Source of the DNA: Vicugna vicugna
Taxonomy: Eukaryota
Assembly: GCA_013265495.1 (NCBI GenBank)
Contig: MU058065.1
Span: 5,578,302 to 5,642,301 of the forward strand
Length of the DNA stretch: 64,000 nt
Direction: 5' to 3'
Shown: in pieces, positions 24,018-35,969 of the stretch
Layout: each line of letters begins with the position of its first letter
Numbering within the stretch: position 1 is the first letter of the stretch
The notes under the pieces: generated by a model
Database searches by the model: none
What the model saw: the letters and a program-made list of their open reading frames with translations, nothing else
What the model was told of the DNA's origin: nothing
Made by a program: the position numbers and the translations under genes

Positions 24018-24868
24018 ATCAAAACCATAGTGAGATACCACCTCACACCTGTCAGAATGGCTATTACCAAAAAGACAAGAAACAGTAAGTGGTGGTGAAG
24101 ATGTGGAGAAAAGTGGACCATCCTGCACTGTTGGGGGAATGTAAATTGGTGCAGCCACTATGGAAAATAGAATGGAGGTTCTTCAAAAAACTAAAAGTAG
24201 GACTTGTTTTCCTCACCTGCACAATGGGAATGATATCTACTGTGATGAGCCATCACATATAGTCCAGCCATTCCACTTCTGGGTATTTATCTGAAGAAAA
24301 TGAAAACACTGATTTGAAAAGATACATGTACCCATATGCTCATTGCAGCTCTACCTACAATAGGCAAGATATGGAAGCAACCTAAGTGTCCCTCAACAGA
24401 TGAATGGATAAAGAAGATGTGGTATCTATATACCATGGAATACGACTTGGCCATAAAAAAAGAGTGAAATCTTGCCATTTGCAGCAACATGGATGGAACT
24501 GGAGGGTATTTTGCTGAGTGAAATAAGTCAGACAGAGAAGGACAAATACTGTATGATGCCATTTATATGTGGAATTGAAAAAACAAAGAACAAAAAACAC
24601 AAAACAAAACTGAAACAGACTCACAGAGTCTGGTTGCCAGAGGGGAGAGGGTTGAGGGAACCTACGAAATAGGGAAAGGTGATGAGATACAAACTTTCAG
24701 CTATAAAAGTAAGTGAGTCAGGAGGATGTAAAGTACACCTAGGGGATACAGTCAATAATGTTGTAACAACTTTGTATGGTGACAGATGGGAACTACACTT
24801 ATTGTGGTGATCATTCCTTAATGTATAAAATACTAAATCATTATGCCGTACACCTAAAGCTAAAAAAA
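24018..24868 (+). mobile_element. L1 (L1MA9-like) ORF2 end plus 3' UTR
   Basis: gagataccacctcacacctgtcagaatggct...MPFAATWMELEGILLSEISQTEKDKYCM...gtatggtgacagatgg; degenerate TSD aaggtcaataaacgtt (24002-24017) / aaagttaataaacatt (24866-24881). Confidence 0.9.
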
Positions 24869-26151
24869 GTTAATAAACATTCACTGCGGTGGTTGTGGGT
24901 TTTTTTTTTTTTTAACAAAAAAATATGCCTCCAACTGTGAGTTACTATCAAGCCACAATGGACAAGGGGGAGGAGCAGGACCAAGACCAGCTCTAATGGC
25001 TCTTTAGAAGCTATCCTACACCCTGGTATGGAAATTGCTCAGGGCATTTTCTACGGCCCCCTATTTGTCCCAAAATTAGGGTTGGGCCCTCATGAAGTCG
25101 TTTCCTACAAGTGAAAGATGAGTTGAGAGCTCAGAACAAGTCCCCCTCCTCTGGATGTAGCCTCAGCCTTCGTCCTTGCAGGTGTAGCCGTGGGAATGGA
25201 GGCAACAAAGTCACAGACAATCCCCCACGAGGAAATATCGTGAAGTCACGCCTCTCAGTCACAGGCTCAGGGCAGGACTAACGTATCAAGCATGCCAGCC
25301 TCGGAGATGAGGCGAGTTCCCACATGAACCATCTGTTTCCTCACTGACCCAGGGAATGAGACACAAGGAGGAAAGAAGGGAACCAGGAAAAAGAAAGAAA
25401 ATTACAGCGTCTGCGTACCCTTGCATCTCCAAGACACACTCACAGCATCGCACTACAAAGCTGTTTAGTGTTGTCCCACAAGGACTGGCCTTTAAAGAAG
25501 AAAACTGCTCAGAGGGCATCAGGGAAGCATAGTCTAAAGATAAAGATAGACTCTATTTGGTTTTCATATTTTAGCAGCCGCTCAAGTGTATTTGCAGGAG
25601 CTCACTGGGGTCAAGCATGTGGGGCTGTTTAGGTGGTTCAGCAGCTCAGCTCTGGAAGATACTGCATGCCTCCCCTTCCGTGGGAGTCTCAGAAGCTCAA
25701 GTTCATTGAGCAAAGTCTTTTTAAGTTCAAACATCGTGGCAATTTGCATGGTAATTTACACCACAACCCTTTGTCCTCCTGTCATCCCAGAGAAGCCCTC
25801 CCAAAAGTTGAGGGAAAACAGCTCAAATGTTTACAGCCTGCTTGACACACTGTGATTTCACCCCTCTTCTTGCCAGACAGAAGGGAGGGGACAGAGGGTG
25901 TGGGGTTTATTGTGGTGACTGGCGTTCTTTGACATTGTTAGGTGGAGAGGCTGGGAGAAAAACAGGGCAAGTCATCATTTGGTTGTATTGTTAAGAAAAC
26001 CTAATATCAGAAACCATTTGTGATTAGCTAGAAGTTAACCTTTCAAGTGGTAATAAAAATGATTTCTTCCATTAGTATAATGCTCTTCACTTTTCAAAGT
26101 GCATTTCCATTTATTGTCTCTGGTAGGGAAAAGAAAGTTCTATATTAGAAA

Positions 26152-26535
26152 TGTCATGGGCTGAATGTTTGTGCTCCCCCCACCAAACTGCCAAAACTTC
26201 ATATGTTGAAGCCCTAACCCCCAATGTGATGATATTTAGAGGTGGGGCCTTTGGGAGGTGAATAGGTTGAGACAAGCTTATCAGGGTGGGGGTCCTCGTG
26301 ATGAATTAGCGCCCTTTTAAGAAGAGACCAGAGCTCACTTTCTCCCTCTCTCTCACCCTCTCCCTCTCTCTCCTCCACCACATGAGGATACAGCAACAAG
26401 GGAGCAATCAACAAGCCAAGAACAGAGCCCTCACCGAGAGGCTGGCCCTGCTGGCACCCTGATCCTGGACTTCCAGACACTAGAACTGCAGGAAGTAAAA
26501 GCCTGTTGTTTAAGCCATCCAGTCTGTGATAGCTC
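26152..26535 (+). mobile_element. MaLR solo LTR (MLT1A-like)
   Basis: tgtcatgggctgaatgtttgtg...catatgttgaagccctaacccccaatgtgatgatatttagaggtggggcctttgggaggtg...ttgtttaagccatccagtctgtg. Confidence 0.9.
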
Positions 26536-26561
26536 AAAAGCCCACTAGTGCCAAACTCAAA

Positions 26562-26959
26562 TGTTAACACATATAATTGTTTTATTTAGACCAAATAAGT
26601 GGATATTTAGCCATGTAGAGCCTGCCTGCTTTGCATACCCAACACTGGGTAGCCGTACATAAGGCCCCCAGCCACTGCTGCCCTTTGGGCTCTCTGACCC
26701 TGGCCAGGCTGCTGGGCAACATCGTCTGGACACCTAAACCCCCTACCAACCCTTTCCCTCCTGGGAGCTCCCTCGGCCCCCACCCTTTCTGAGTAGTGAC
26801 CTCCATGGTGCAGCCTCTGCACAGAGTCACACTGAGAGGGCCCTCCCCCATGCCCAAACCTGTCAAAGCATCACCTAAATAAAGCCTTAGTGTGCTACTG
26901 CCACCTTGTGGTCATATTTTTTTTCCTTGATCAGCCCCAAATCCCTCAAACTCCCTTCA
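26562..26959 (+). mobile_element. ERV solo LTR (family uncertain, MER90-like)
   Basis: TG...CA ends, AATAAA near 26879, U5-like tail gtgtgctactgccaccttgtggtcata...ccttgatcagccccaaatccc. Confidence 0.55.
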
Positions 26960-27338
26960 ATCAGTATCTCCAGGAGGATATGTGACTTAAACCCACACAC
27001 AACGAGTCTAGGAAGCAGTGAATTCTCAGAGTCCAACTGGCACCAACCACAAGGCTCAGAAAATTACGCCACGGCCAGATCCTTACCAGCAACTGGACCA
27101 CTGGAAGCCTTCCTCAAGAGGAGGCTGGCCAATGGCAGGCTGGACGTCAAGACTCCATAGAGAACTATGACACAAGGGAAAGCAAAGGAAAGGTCGTGCA
27201 TCATGTTTGGGGGAAGGTGGGACTCACGCTCTTCTTCAGAGGTACAGTGGCTGTGGTCAAGGCTAGGGCAGAGCAGGAGCCTGAGATCTGTCTCACTGAC
27301 AGATACTGCTACAGGCCAGCACCTAGTGAAAGGTCAGG

Positions 27339-27340
<2 letters not shown>

Positions 27341-27391
<51 letters not shown>
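27341..27391. repeat. Perfect (GCT)17 = CTG/CAG trinucleotide repeat
   Basis: 51 nt uninterrupted, followed by mixed GGT/GAT triplets to about 27535. Confidence 0.95.
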
Positions 27392-27395
<4 letters not shown>

Positions 27396-27539
27396 ATGCT
27401 GATAACAATGGTGGTGGTGATGATGGTGGTGATGATGGTGGTGGTGGTGACGATAATGATGATGCTGCTGATGGACCTGGTGAGGATGACAATGGCAATG
27501 ATGTGATGAGGATCATGATCTAGAAGATGATGATAATTT

Positions 27540-28549
27540 TAGTGCTTAATAACAAAAAACCAAACAACCTAATCCAAAAATGGGCAGAAGACCTAAACAA
27601 GCAATTCTCCAGTGAAGACATACAAATGGCCAATAGGCACATGAGAAAATGCTCAATATCGCTAATTATCAGTGAAATGCAAATCAAAACTACTCTGAGG
27701 TATCACCTCACACCAGTCAGATAGCCATCAGTAAAAAGTCCACAAACGATAAATGCTGGAGAGGGTATGGAGAAAAGGGAACCCTCCTACACTGTTGGTG
27801 GGAATGTAGTTTGTTGCAGCCCTTATGGAAAACAGTATAGAGACTCCTCAAAAGAATAAAAATAGACTTACCATATGACCCAGCAAGCCTACTTCTGGGC
27901 ATATATCCATAGGGAACTCCAATTTGAAAAGATACATGCACCCCAGTGTTCACAGCGGCACTATATACAATAGCCAAGACATGGAAACAATCTAAATGTC
28001 CATCAACAGATGATTGGATAAAGAAGTTGTGGTGTATTTATACAATGGGATAGTACTCAGCCATAAAAAATAAAATAATGCCATTTGCAGCAACATGGAT
28101 GGACCTGAAGGTCATCATTCTAAGTGAAGTAATCAGAAAGAAAAAGAAAAATACCACATGATATCACTCATTTGTGGAATCTGAAAAACAAAAAGACATA
28201 AATGAAACTTATTTTCAAAACAGGAACATTCTCACAGACATAGAAAACAAACTAATGATTACCAGGGAGAAAAGGTGGTGGGAAGGGATAAATTGGGAGT
28301 TCGTGATTTGCAAATACTAACTACTGCATATAAAATCGATAAACAACAAGTTTCTTCTGTACAGCACAGGGGACTATATTCAACGTCTTGTAATAACCTA
28401 TAATGAAAAAGAATGTGAAAAGGAATATATGTATATATATATATGACTGAAACGTTATGCTATACACCAGAAATTAGCACAACATTGTAAACTGACTATA
28501 CTTCGATTTAAAAAAAGAAAGGAAAATAAGTAAATAAAATTTTTTTAAA
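27540..28549 (+). mobile_element. Young 5'-truncated L1 (ORF2 C-terminus plus 3' UTR)
   Basis: [58 protein letters not shown] matches L1 ORF2; A-rich tail; TSD aagatgatg at 27524-27532 and 28550-28558. Confidence 0.95.
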
Positions 28550-28559
28550 AAGATGATGT

Positions 28560-28770
28560 CAGCTAACATGTATTAAGCTCTTATTATATACCAGGCCTCA
28601 TGTTAAGCACATAACATACATTGTTTGATTTAATCCTCGAAGCAACCCTATCACTTTGTTTCTCTCCCACTTCACATATGAGAAAACTGAGTCTCAGAAA
28701 GGTTAAGAAACTTGCCCAAAGAAATATTGGAATCAGAACTCAATCCCAGGCAGCACTCCCAGCTCCGTAC
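28560..28770 (-). mobile_element. MIR
   Basis: agctaacatgtattaagctcttattatataccaggc...tttaatcctc...gagaaaactgagtctcagaaaggttaagaaacttgcccaaag. Confidence 0.85.
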
Positions 28771-30228
28771 ACTTGTCCCATACTATCACAGAGGAACGGA
28801 GTCTCTATGACAGAAAAGGTAAAATGTGCTCCGTGCCCCATTTCAAAGGTTTCCAAAACCACACAGTCTCTCAGGAAAGAAAAAGAAACATCGAACATGC
28901 AACATACAAAGGTGCTTCTGGTATCAAAGCGGCTGAAACCTCAGAAGCCGTATCTCCGGTGATCCCTGAACATCCATGTGCAAAATGAAAACTTCAGCCA
29001 CCTGTGCAGATGTGCAGTTTCTGGAGAGGCAGGGCCGCTGCGTCTGCATTGTAGGCAACACCCCCAGAAGAGGGCTGTATAAGGAGCATGGCATCACTGC
29101 ATATCAAAGAGGAGCATTAGGAATTAACCCACCCAGGAATAACAAGCTAAAAGCATGCATTTTGATAAGGCACACACAGCCTATGACAGCATCAACCAAC
29201 CTGTCAGAAAAGTACAAGCAGATAGAAAATTCTAGCTTTCCATTAATGGCAGGGTACTTTGTTTTACTTTCAAATGCCTCAAGAAACAACCTGCTCAAGG
29301 TGGGTGGCAAGCTACTTTTCATCCCCTGCGGGAAACTGTCACAAAAGACACTCACGGCTTCACGGAGCAGTTCCCAGTGAGAGCCAAAGAAGAATGCGAG
29401 GCCAACAAAACCCAGCTTTGAACCACTGCTGCTCAGAGATTTGTGTCTCTCGCTATGATCCGAAAGATAAAAGGAAAGGCCTCTCTTCTAAAATACCTGG
29501 TACAGTTGACATAAACCTGTGATGTGATTTAAGACATGGTTCTTTTCATTCCTATTGCCAGTCAATCATTTCCTTGTGTCCATCTTGTCTCCCTCAACTA
29601 GATCAGAAGCTCCCTGAAGCCAGGGGCTCTGTGACTCACTACTCTAACTTCCCCCACAGCAGCCAGGGCAGAGGTAACACAGCTTGGCCACCACGTTGGA
29701 GGCCCCTCGACTTACTTGGGGCCAAGGAGCATCAAGATTGGATCAGTCCATATTGGTGAGCAGATGACTGCAAGCTGGATCATAATTTCTCTTAGCAACA
29801 GTCTTATGATTGGGAGTTCTGTTGCTAATCAAGAATGCAGCACCAAATCAATCACAAATATGATGGCAATCATTTAAATAGAATCCACAATCATTTAAAG
29901 GAGAGTAAAGTCATTCTCCAGGTAGGGAAATTTAGAGCTTGAAAGGACGTGGTGGGTGCTTTTGTCAATCCCCTTCACACAAGCAGAAGCTGAGGCCGTG
30001 GCAGGGTAAGCCACCCCCAGCCACCCAAGGAGTGAGTGCAGACCTGGGACTTGACCACCAGCCTGTGAGTTCCTCTCTACGACACCCCACTGCACCCCTC
30101 TGGCAATCTCATAAAATTGGCTTGAATATGGAAGTCCCAGAGTACCCATTTCAAAAGTCCAACTCTACTATATCATAGTCGGAATTCCCTAAAGTGGTTT
30201 TCCTAATATTCAACCCACCAAGTGTTAG

Positions 30229-30405
30229 ATGCGGTGCCGGAGACTCACCCACCTGTGTGCTTTTAGTTTTCACTCCTGCCCTTCTGTGCTGAATTACAAA
30301 GGAGCTGGGACCCCACAAACTGATTTCCCAGACCCCCTTGCCAATGGGCTTCCTGGTAGATTCTGCAAACATGAGGGGATGGCAGGTGATTTGAAGATGG
30401 GAAGC
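30229..30405 (+). mobile_element. ERVL LTR 5' part (LTR33-like)
   Basis: ggagctgggaccccacaaactgatttcccagacccccttgccaatgggcttcctggtagattctgcaa. Confidence 0.55.
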
Positions 30406-31000
30406 TGGATTAGTTCTCCATTGCTGCCATAACAATTCACGCCAAGTTTCGTGGTTTAAAACCACACTCATGTGTTATCTCACAGTTCTATAGGTCAGAA
30501 GTCCAGTGGGCTGGCTGGGTTCCCTGCTGAGGGTCTCACAGGGCCAAGATCATGGTACTGGGTGGCCTGAACTCTTCTCTAGGGGCTCTGTGGGAGAATT
30601 TACTTCCAGGCTAATTTGGGTTGTTGGCAGAATTCCATTTCACGAGGTTGTAGGACTGAGATCCCAAGGGTTCCTTGCTGGCTGTCACATGATGCTCGTT
30701 CTGGCTCCCTGAGGCTGCCTGCATTCCTTGGCTGTGGCTCCTTCCATCATCAAAGCCAGCAATGGCACATTACATGCTCTGATGCTTCAGATTTCTCTGA
30801 CATCCTTTCCAGCTTCCTCTTCTACTTTTAAGAGCTCATAAGATGACACTGGATCCATGCCAAGGAATCTACAATAAGCTCCCTCTCATAAGGTCAGCAG
30901 ATTAGTAACCTTAATTACATCAGCAATGTCCCTTTCACCACCTAACCTGACATATTCATGGGTGGCAGAGACCATGGGGACCAGAATTCTGCCTATCCCA
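30406..31000 (-). mobile_element. MaLR solo LTR (MLT1D/E-like)
   Basis: tggattagtt...ttgctgccataacaa...tctcacagttctataggtcagaagtcc...gttgttggcagaattc...gttgtaggactgag...agaattctgcctatccca. Confidence 0.85.
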
Positions 31001-32124
31001 GAGGATGACATTTCTCCAAGAGATAGCTGTGGACTCCGTGGTCCTTCCCCAAATCCAGCACTCACAGCTCAAGCCACTTTCATCAGTCTAGCACCAGGGC
31101 TTTGCCCCTTCCCACTAGCCTCACCGCTTGCTGCGTCCCACCATGCTCTGTCCACCTTGCTAGTCTCAGCACCCTGTGGGTTACCCCCAGCATTGCAGAA
31201 ACAAGTGTGTCCCATGTTCTGGGAACACCACACCCACCCTTTGGGGTTGCACTGCTTCCTGCAAGTTCAGATCTCTGGGTCACAACATCTTTTGGCTCTT
31301 TCAGCTCTCTCAACACTTTTTAAACAAGATCTCAGTAGTAAATCCTCTCCAAATTTCCTAGCTGATTTCATTTTCCTGAGCAGACTCTCACTGGTGAAGG
31401 CACCATATGACAGAAGCACCCGAGGCTGTGGGAAATACCAGGTCTACCAAAGTGAAGTCCTGCAGGCCTTCGTAGAGCATTGAGTTTTAAAATGGGCATT
31501 GTGTTATCCAGCATGCAGCATGACTGTTTTCCAAACATTTTTTGGTCAACATCCCCTGATTTTGTAGAGCATCTTGTGAGTCTAGAGCTCATGAAACTTT
31601 AAGAAACACTGTCCTATCTGAAACCCTTTTAAGTTATCATGTTAGTTCTAACCAGCACTAGACAGTTGATTAACAAAAATTGTATCTCTATTTTTAGAAT
31701 TTGAATAGCATTTGGGAGTTGGTTTTGATGGCTTGGGAAGTGATGTTTGTTTTCTCAATCAGTTTCTAACAGCCACCTTTCCTCTGGGCATTAAAAGTCA
31801 TTCAGAATGTAAGTGTAAAAGTCATTCTCGAAAACAGCCTTAGCGAAGCAGCTTAAGGAGGTGAAGGCCAGGTTTCCTTCCAGCTCTCGCCTTTGGGAGT
31901 CTGAACTGTGACTGTGTGCTATGCAGGCTTCTCATAACTCACACTGCTTGCTTCCCCTCCTCCTGATCCTCCCCTCCACCCCCCTCATCGCTGCTCTGTC
32001 CCTCACCCAGAGGACAGCAGAGGGACAAGCTACCAAGGGCAACCCCGAAGGAGAGACAGAACACCAAAGCGGTCACAGGAGGCCTGACAACAGAACAAGG
32101 GTTAAGCAATCTACTCCCCTCTTG

Positions 32125-32370
32125 ATGAATTCTTATACAGTCATTAGAAATGATAATTACAATGACTTTGCAGCAACATGGAAAAAAATGCTTATGATAT
32201 AATTAATGCTAAATGGAAAAATGTGGAACACAAAATGATAGCTACACTATGATTATGACTATTTAAATTATATGTTCATGGGGACAAAAACTGGAAGGGA
32301 ACATGGAAAAAATCAAAATAGTTTAATTTGTCAGGGATGACAGTGGTATCGTGGGTGAATATCTTCTCTC
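32125..32370 (+). mobile_element. Ancient L1ME 3' end
   Basis: cagtcattagaaatgataat...gcaacatggaaaaaaatgcttatgatata...aaaactggaagggaacatggaaaaa. Confidence 0.6.
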
Positions 32371-32935
32371 TTTATATTCGGCTAATGGCTCTGTAACACT
32401 GAGCAAATTTTGAAAAACTGGAAGGAAAAACAGGCTCGAGTGTGCGGAAGTGGGAGAAGGTAGGCAGTCATTCTCGTTTGCCTGAGGGTGAGGAAGTGGG
32501 ATCTACACAGGATAGGAACAGTCAACCTGGTCTTCATATCAAAATGCAACTTGTTTTCTTGCTGCTTAAAAAGCAGAGCATCACGCTTCCAGGCAATCAA
32601 CCAGGCCCTGCTTGGGAAAGCCAAGCTTTCTGTTACTAATGATTCAGGGTCATCATCTAAACAGTGATGCCATCCTCCCTAATTGGGCCGTGAAGGTCAC
32701 GGAGGCAGGAAAACAACACAAAAAGAGTAGAGCTTTCTGCTGAGTCTAGGTGGGCACTTAGAGGACTGTAGAGAAGGATGAGCAGGAAGGACCTGAGTGG
32801 GGACCATTCATCCACAGTCACATCCCAGAAGATCATCTAAGAGGGTTTGTAGCAGGGAGATGCTGGAGGAAGGCTGACACCAGCCATGGGCCCAGGGGAT
32901 CTCACCCAACTTGGTGTTGGGGGACACTCGTACAT

Positions 32936-32949
32936 CTGCCCTCTGGTGG
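32936..32949 (-). promoter_or_regulatory. CTCF core motif candidate
   Basis: Minus strand CCACCAGAGGGCAG matches the CTCF core CCASYAGRKGGCRS; motif only, binding untested. Confidence 0.45.
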
Positions 32950-33499
32950 TCCAGCTGTGGCCTCAGTGCCACAGGGCCCCGCCTGAGCCCAAGGTCCTCC
33001 TGTGGACTAGCAAGGGGGCTGATGGGTTCCTAGGGCCACACTGAACACGGAGGACACTGGGAGAGGGGCAGGGGCAGCACAGGCTGGACAAGGTAGAGGA
33101 AGAATGACTGCTGTGGCACGTCTGGTTGGGGACAAGGGGTGAACTTGTGACAGTGAGCAGGGCTCCTCTAATGCCAGGCTGGAGACCAAAACAGCCTGGA
33201 GGAACATGGCCAGGAAGTCCTCCTGGGGAGTGGGGGTGTGGGGGATGCTCCAAGCCAAACAGTGTGAAGGGAAGAAAAGGAAGGGGAGCTTGTTCCAGGC
33301 CAAGGGGAGCCTGCCAAGGGGACAGGGGTGCTGGCAGGCCCTAAGAGATAGAACTGCATGACCACCAATAGAGCATCAACTGGAGAGACTCTGGGGCAAC
33401 CGGGCACAATGGGGGTCCAGGAGAGAAGCAGAGGGATGGACCAAGCCCAGTGCACAGGCATCTGACCATCCTCTGGGCAGTGTTCTCTTGTGCCCACCC

Positions 33500-33685
33500 A
33501 CTCACTGTATGTGCCAGAAGTATCCTACCTCACTTAGTTCTCAGAACAACTCTATGATGCAGGCACAGTTGGTATCACCATTTGCCAGATGTGGAAACTG
33601 AGGCTCAGGTAAGGTGAGCTGGGATTTGAACCTGGGTAGCCTGATTCCATGAGCTTGAGCTCTGATGCACTAGATTATGCTGTGG
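33500..33685 (-). mobile_element. MIR
   Basis: cactgtatgtgccag...cagaacaactctatga...catttgccagatgtggaaactgaggctcag...gagctgggatttgaacctggg. Confidence 0.8.
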
Positions 33686-33964
33686 GGTAAAAAGAAAAGA
33701 CCACTGACTCCACTATTTCACACGCACACACGCACGCACGCACGTGCACACAGACTCACACACATCTGGGAGCAGGCAGCCCAGGAAGAGAGGGAGCAGA
33801 GGACCTGTATCTTGTGCAGAGAGCAGCCCTCCTGAATTAACTACCTGGAGATGTTTATATGGCAGCAAGTGGGCACAGAAAGGGCTGTCTTTCTAGAACC
33901 ACAAACTGTGAACTTCCTACAACCTAGACAAGACATTCTTTGGGCTTTGAAGACTACCCCTAAT

Positions 33965-34340
33965 GATCTAAATGCCCCAAAATATAAAGGATTGATTGAC
34001 TAAATCATGGTTCATCAATACAATAAAATACTAGGCTGCTTTTTAAAATGATGATGTAGATCATGTGGATCTATATTTATTGACATGAAGAGATGTTCCT
34101 AATGCATCATTAAGTCTAAAAAGCAAGTCACTAAACAGTATACACAGCATGAGCACACAGACACAGGGAGAGAGAAAAAGTCTGAAATAGATACACAATT
34201 GTGACCAAAAAATGTCTTCAGACATCGCCAAACGTCCCCTGGAGGGCCAAATCACCCTTGGTGGAGAACCACTGCCCTGGAAAATTCCTACCACCAGGAT
34301 GGCAGGAGGGTGGTCCTGGAACATCGTTTGTTATTTGCTG
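33965..34340 (+). mobile_element. Ancient L1ME 3' end interrupted by a MER20 half
   Basis: ctaaatgcccc...taaatcatggttcatcaatacaataaaatact...tctatatttattgacatgaagagatgttc. Confidence 0.65.
34197..34277 (+). mobile_element. MER20 hAT MITE, 3' half
   Basis: ttgtgaccaaaaaatgtcttcagacatcgccaaacgtcccctggagggccaaatcacccttggtggagaaccactg. Confidence 0.85.
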
Positions 34341-35354
34341 TGTGTATTCATGCTTCAGCCAACCATACAGTTCACCCCCCTCACCTGTTCTCCTCCACTA
34401 ATCCTTCAGTCCTTATATATCCCAAGATAAAATAGCTCCTTCAGGCATCGTTAAAGACGAATGTCCTAACTGGTAAGCCCCAAGTGACATGTGTGGCTAT
34501 TACTTCCGATCTCCAGAAAGGACAGAAATGTAAGCTGCACTCCTCAAGAATGGCCCCACAACGGGCCTTTTGCCACCCTTTTGTGGGGGTTTGTCCACAC
34601 CCCCGCATTCTTTGAATTAAAGGTTCAGGGAAGCTGGTTTTTTTCTTGTAAATACCAAGCTGTGCAGTCATTACAAGCTTGCTTGGAGATAATCAGGGCT
34701 GGCACTTGCTGTACATGCAGGGTTTATTGGAGACCACCCACAAAGTCAACTCAATACAAAATGACACTACTAAGTAACCTAATCCCAAAATGTAGATTTC
34801 ATTCCAACAAATTGCACACAAGTGGCCCCCTGCTGGTTTAACTGTTGCTTGGAAAGGCGAGCCCAACTACATCCGTGGCAAGTGTGTTAGCACAAAGCAT
34901 CCAAATCATAAACAGAATGCAAATGCCATGTCTGGGACCATAAACACTGGCTGTCGCAGAGAGAGAGGAAGGCCTTTTATACTGAATTAAAATATGATTC
35001 AAACATGGGGTTGAATACACCACCTTTGTCCTAACTCATTTTCCCTTTGAATCAAAGACCAAAAATAGAACAAAAAGATGAAGAAATCGGGTATTTTTCC
35101 CTTTGCATCAAAGACTCCTGCAAAGTGTTTTCTGCAGGATCATATGTTCCAAGATGAACCAAAATTTGACAGAACCAGCACCGAGACTTTATCCACACTC
35201 AGTAGGTGTGTAGCTACAGAACAGAACCGCAACCTCCAACAGAAAAGGCACTTACTTTACCCAACACTCCCCCTAAAAGAAATCAAATATATGATAAAGA
35301 ATTGAAGAGAACTTAATTTTTTTTTGAGTCTCAAAGGGTAAAAAGTTTGACCAT

Positions 35355-35520
35355 AAAACTTCAGCATGAGCCAACAATTTTCCAAGGTTGCCTGAAAGTT
35401 GTCACTGTCTTAGGATGCATTAATAGAGGTTACTACTCAGGTTAAAGGAGGTGATAGTCTTAGGGTCAGGTGATCTGACCACATGTGGAGAACAGGTATT
35501 CTCCGATTTACATTAAGATG
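35355..35520 (+). mobile_element. CR1/L3 LINE fragment
   Basis: cagcatgagccaacaa...tcttaggatgcattaatagagg...gaccacatgtggagaac, typical of the L3 RT region. Confidence 0.6.
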
Positions 35521-35849
35521 GACATCTGTGATGTTTGAGCCCCTCGGCATCCATTCCACTCTTAAGGTCGTAGCACACCACAGTGTGGCATCATCTTTTA
35601 ATAGTAAAATCTGGCCCCTGTGCTTGATGTGGGTAGGGCCGCTGATTCCCATCCTCCCCAACTCTTCACCCTGAAGGCAGGAAATATGTCTTATTCCTCT
35701 CCTGTCTCCCTGACAGCACTGAAATCTATGCTAGGCTCCTCGAGGGTACTCAGCAAATGCCCGGTGGGCTCTCAGAGAAATCCTAGCTGAGGCTGTGTTT
35801 CTACATTAAGAAGCCAAGTAGGGAAAAAAAATAGGCATGCCATTTAGAT

Positions 35850-35945
35850 CAGTGATTTTCAAACTGTGGGTCACAACCCATTCATAGTTTGTTAAATCAG
35901 TTTAGGAAGTCTGTAACCAGCAATATTTTTATGAAAATAGAGAAA
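35850..35945. mobile_element. hAT-Charlie terminal fragment
   Basis: cagtgattttcaaactgtgggtcacaacccatt...aaatcagtttag. Confidence 0.55.
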
Positions 35946-35969
35946 TCAGGGTGCACCTCACCTGCTTTG

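Noticed and set aside
27167..27523. Poly-Ala/Gly/Asp ORF (and the poly-Cys frame)
   Set aside because: Open only because of the triplet repeat; no supporting gene structure
27527..27724. Protein-coding ORF
   Set aside because: Decayed L1 ORF2 C-terminus of a 5'-truncated copy with stops
28621..29522. Cluster of 70-134 aa ORFs
   Set aside because: Starts in a MIR; no homology recognised; no consistent splice structure
30926..31483. Longest ORF (185 aa)
   Set aside because: Begins inside an MLT1 LTR; composition is typical of non-coding C-rich DNA
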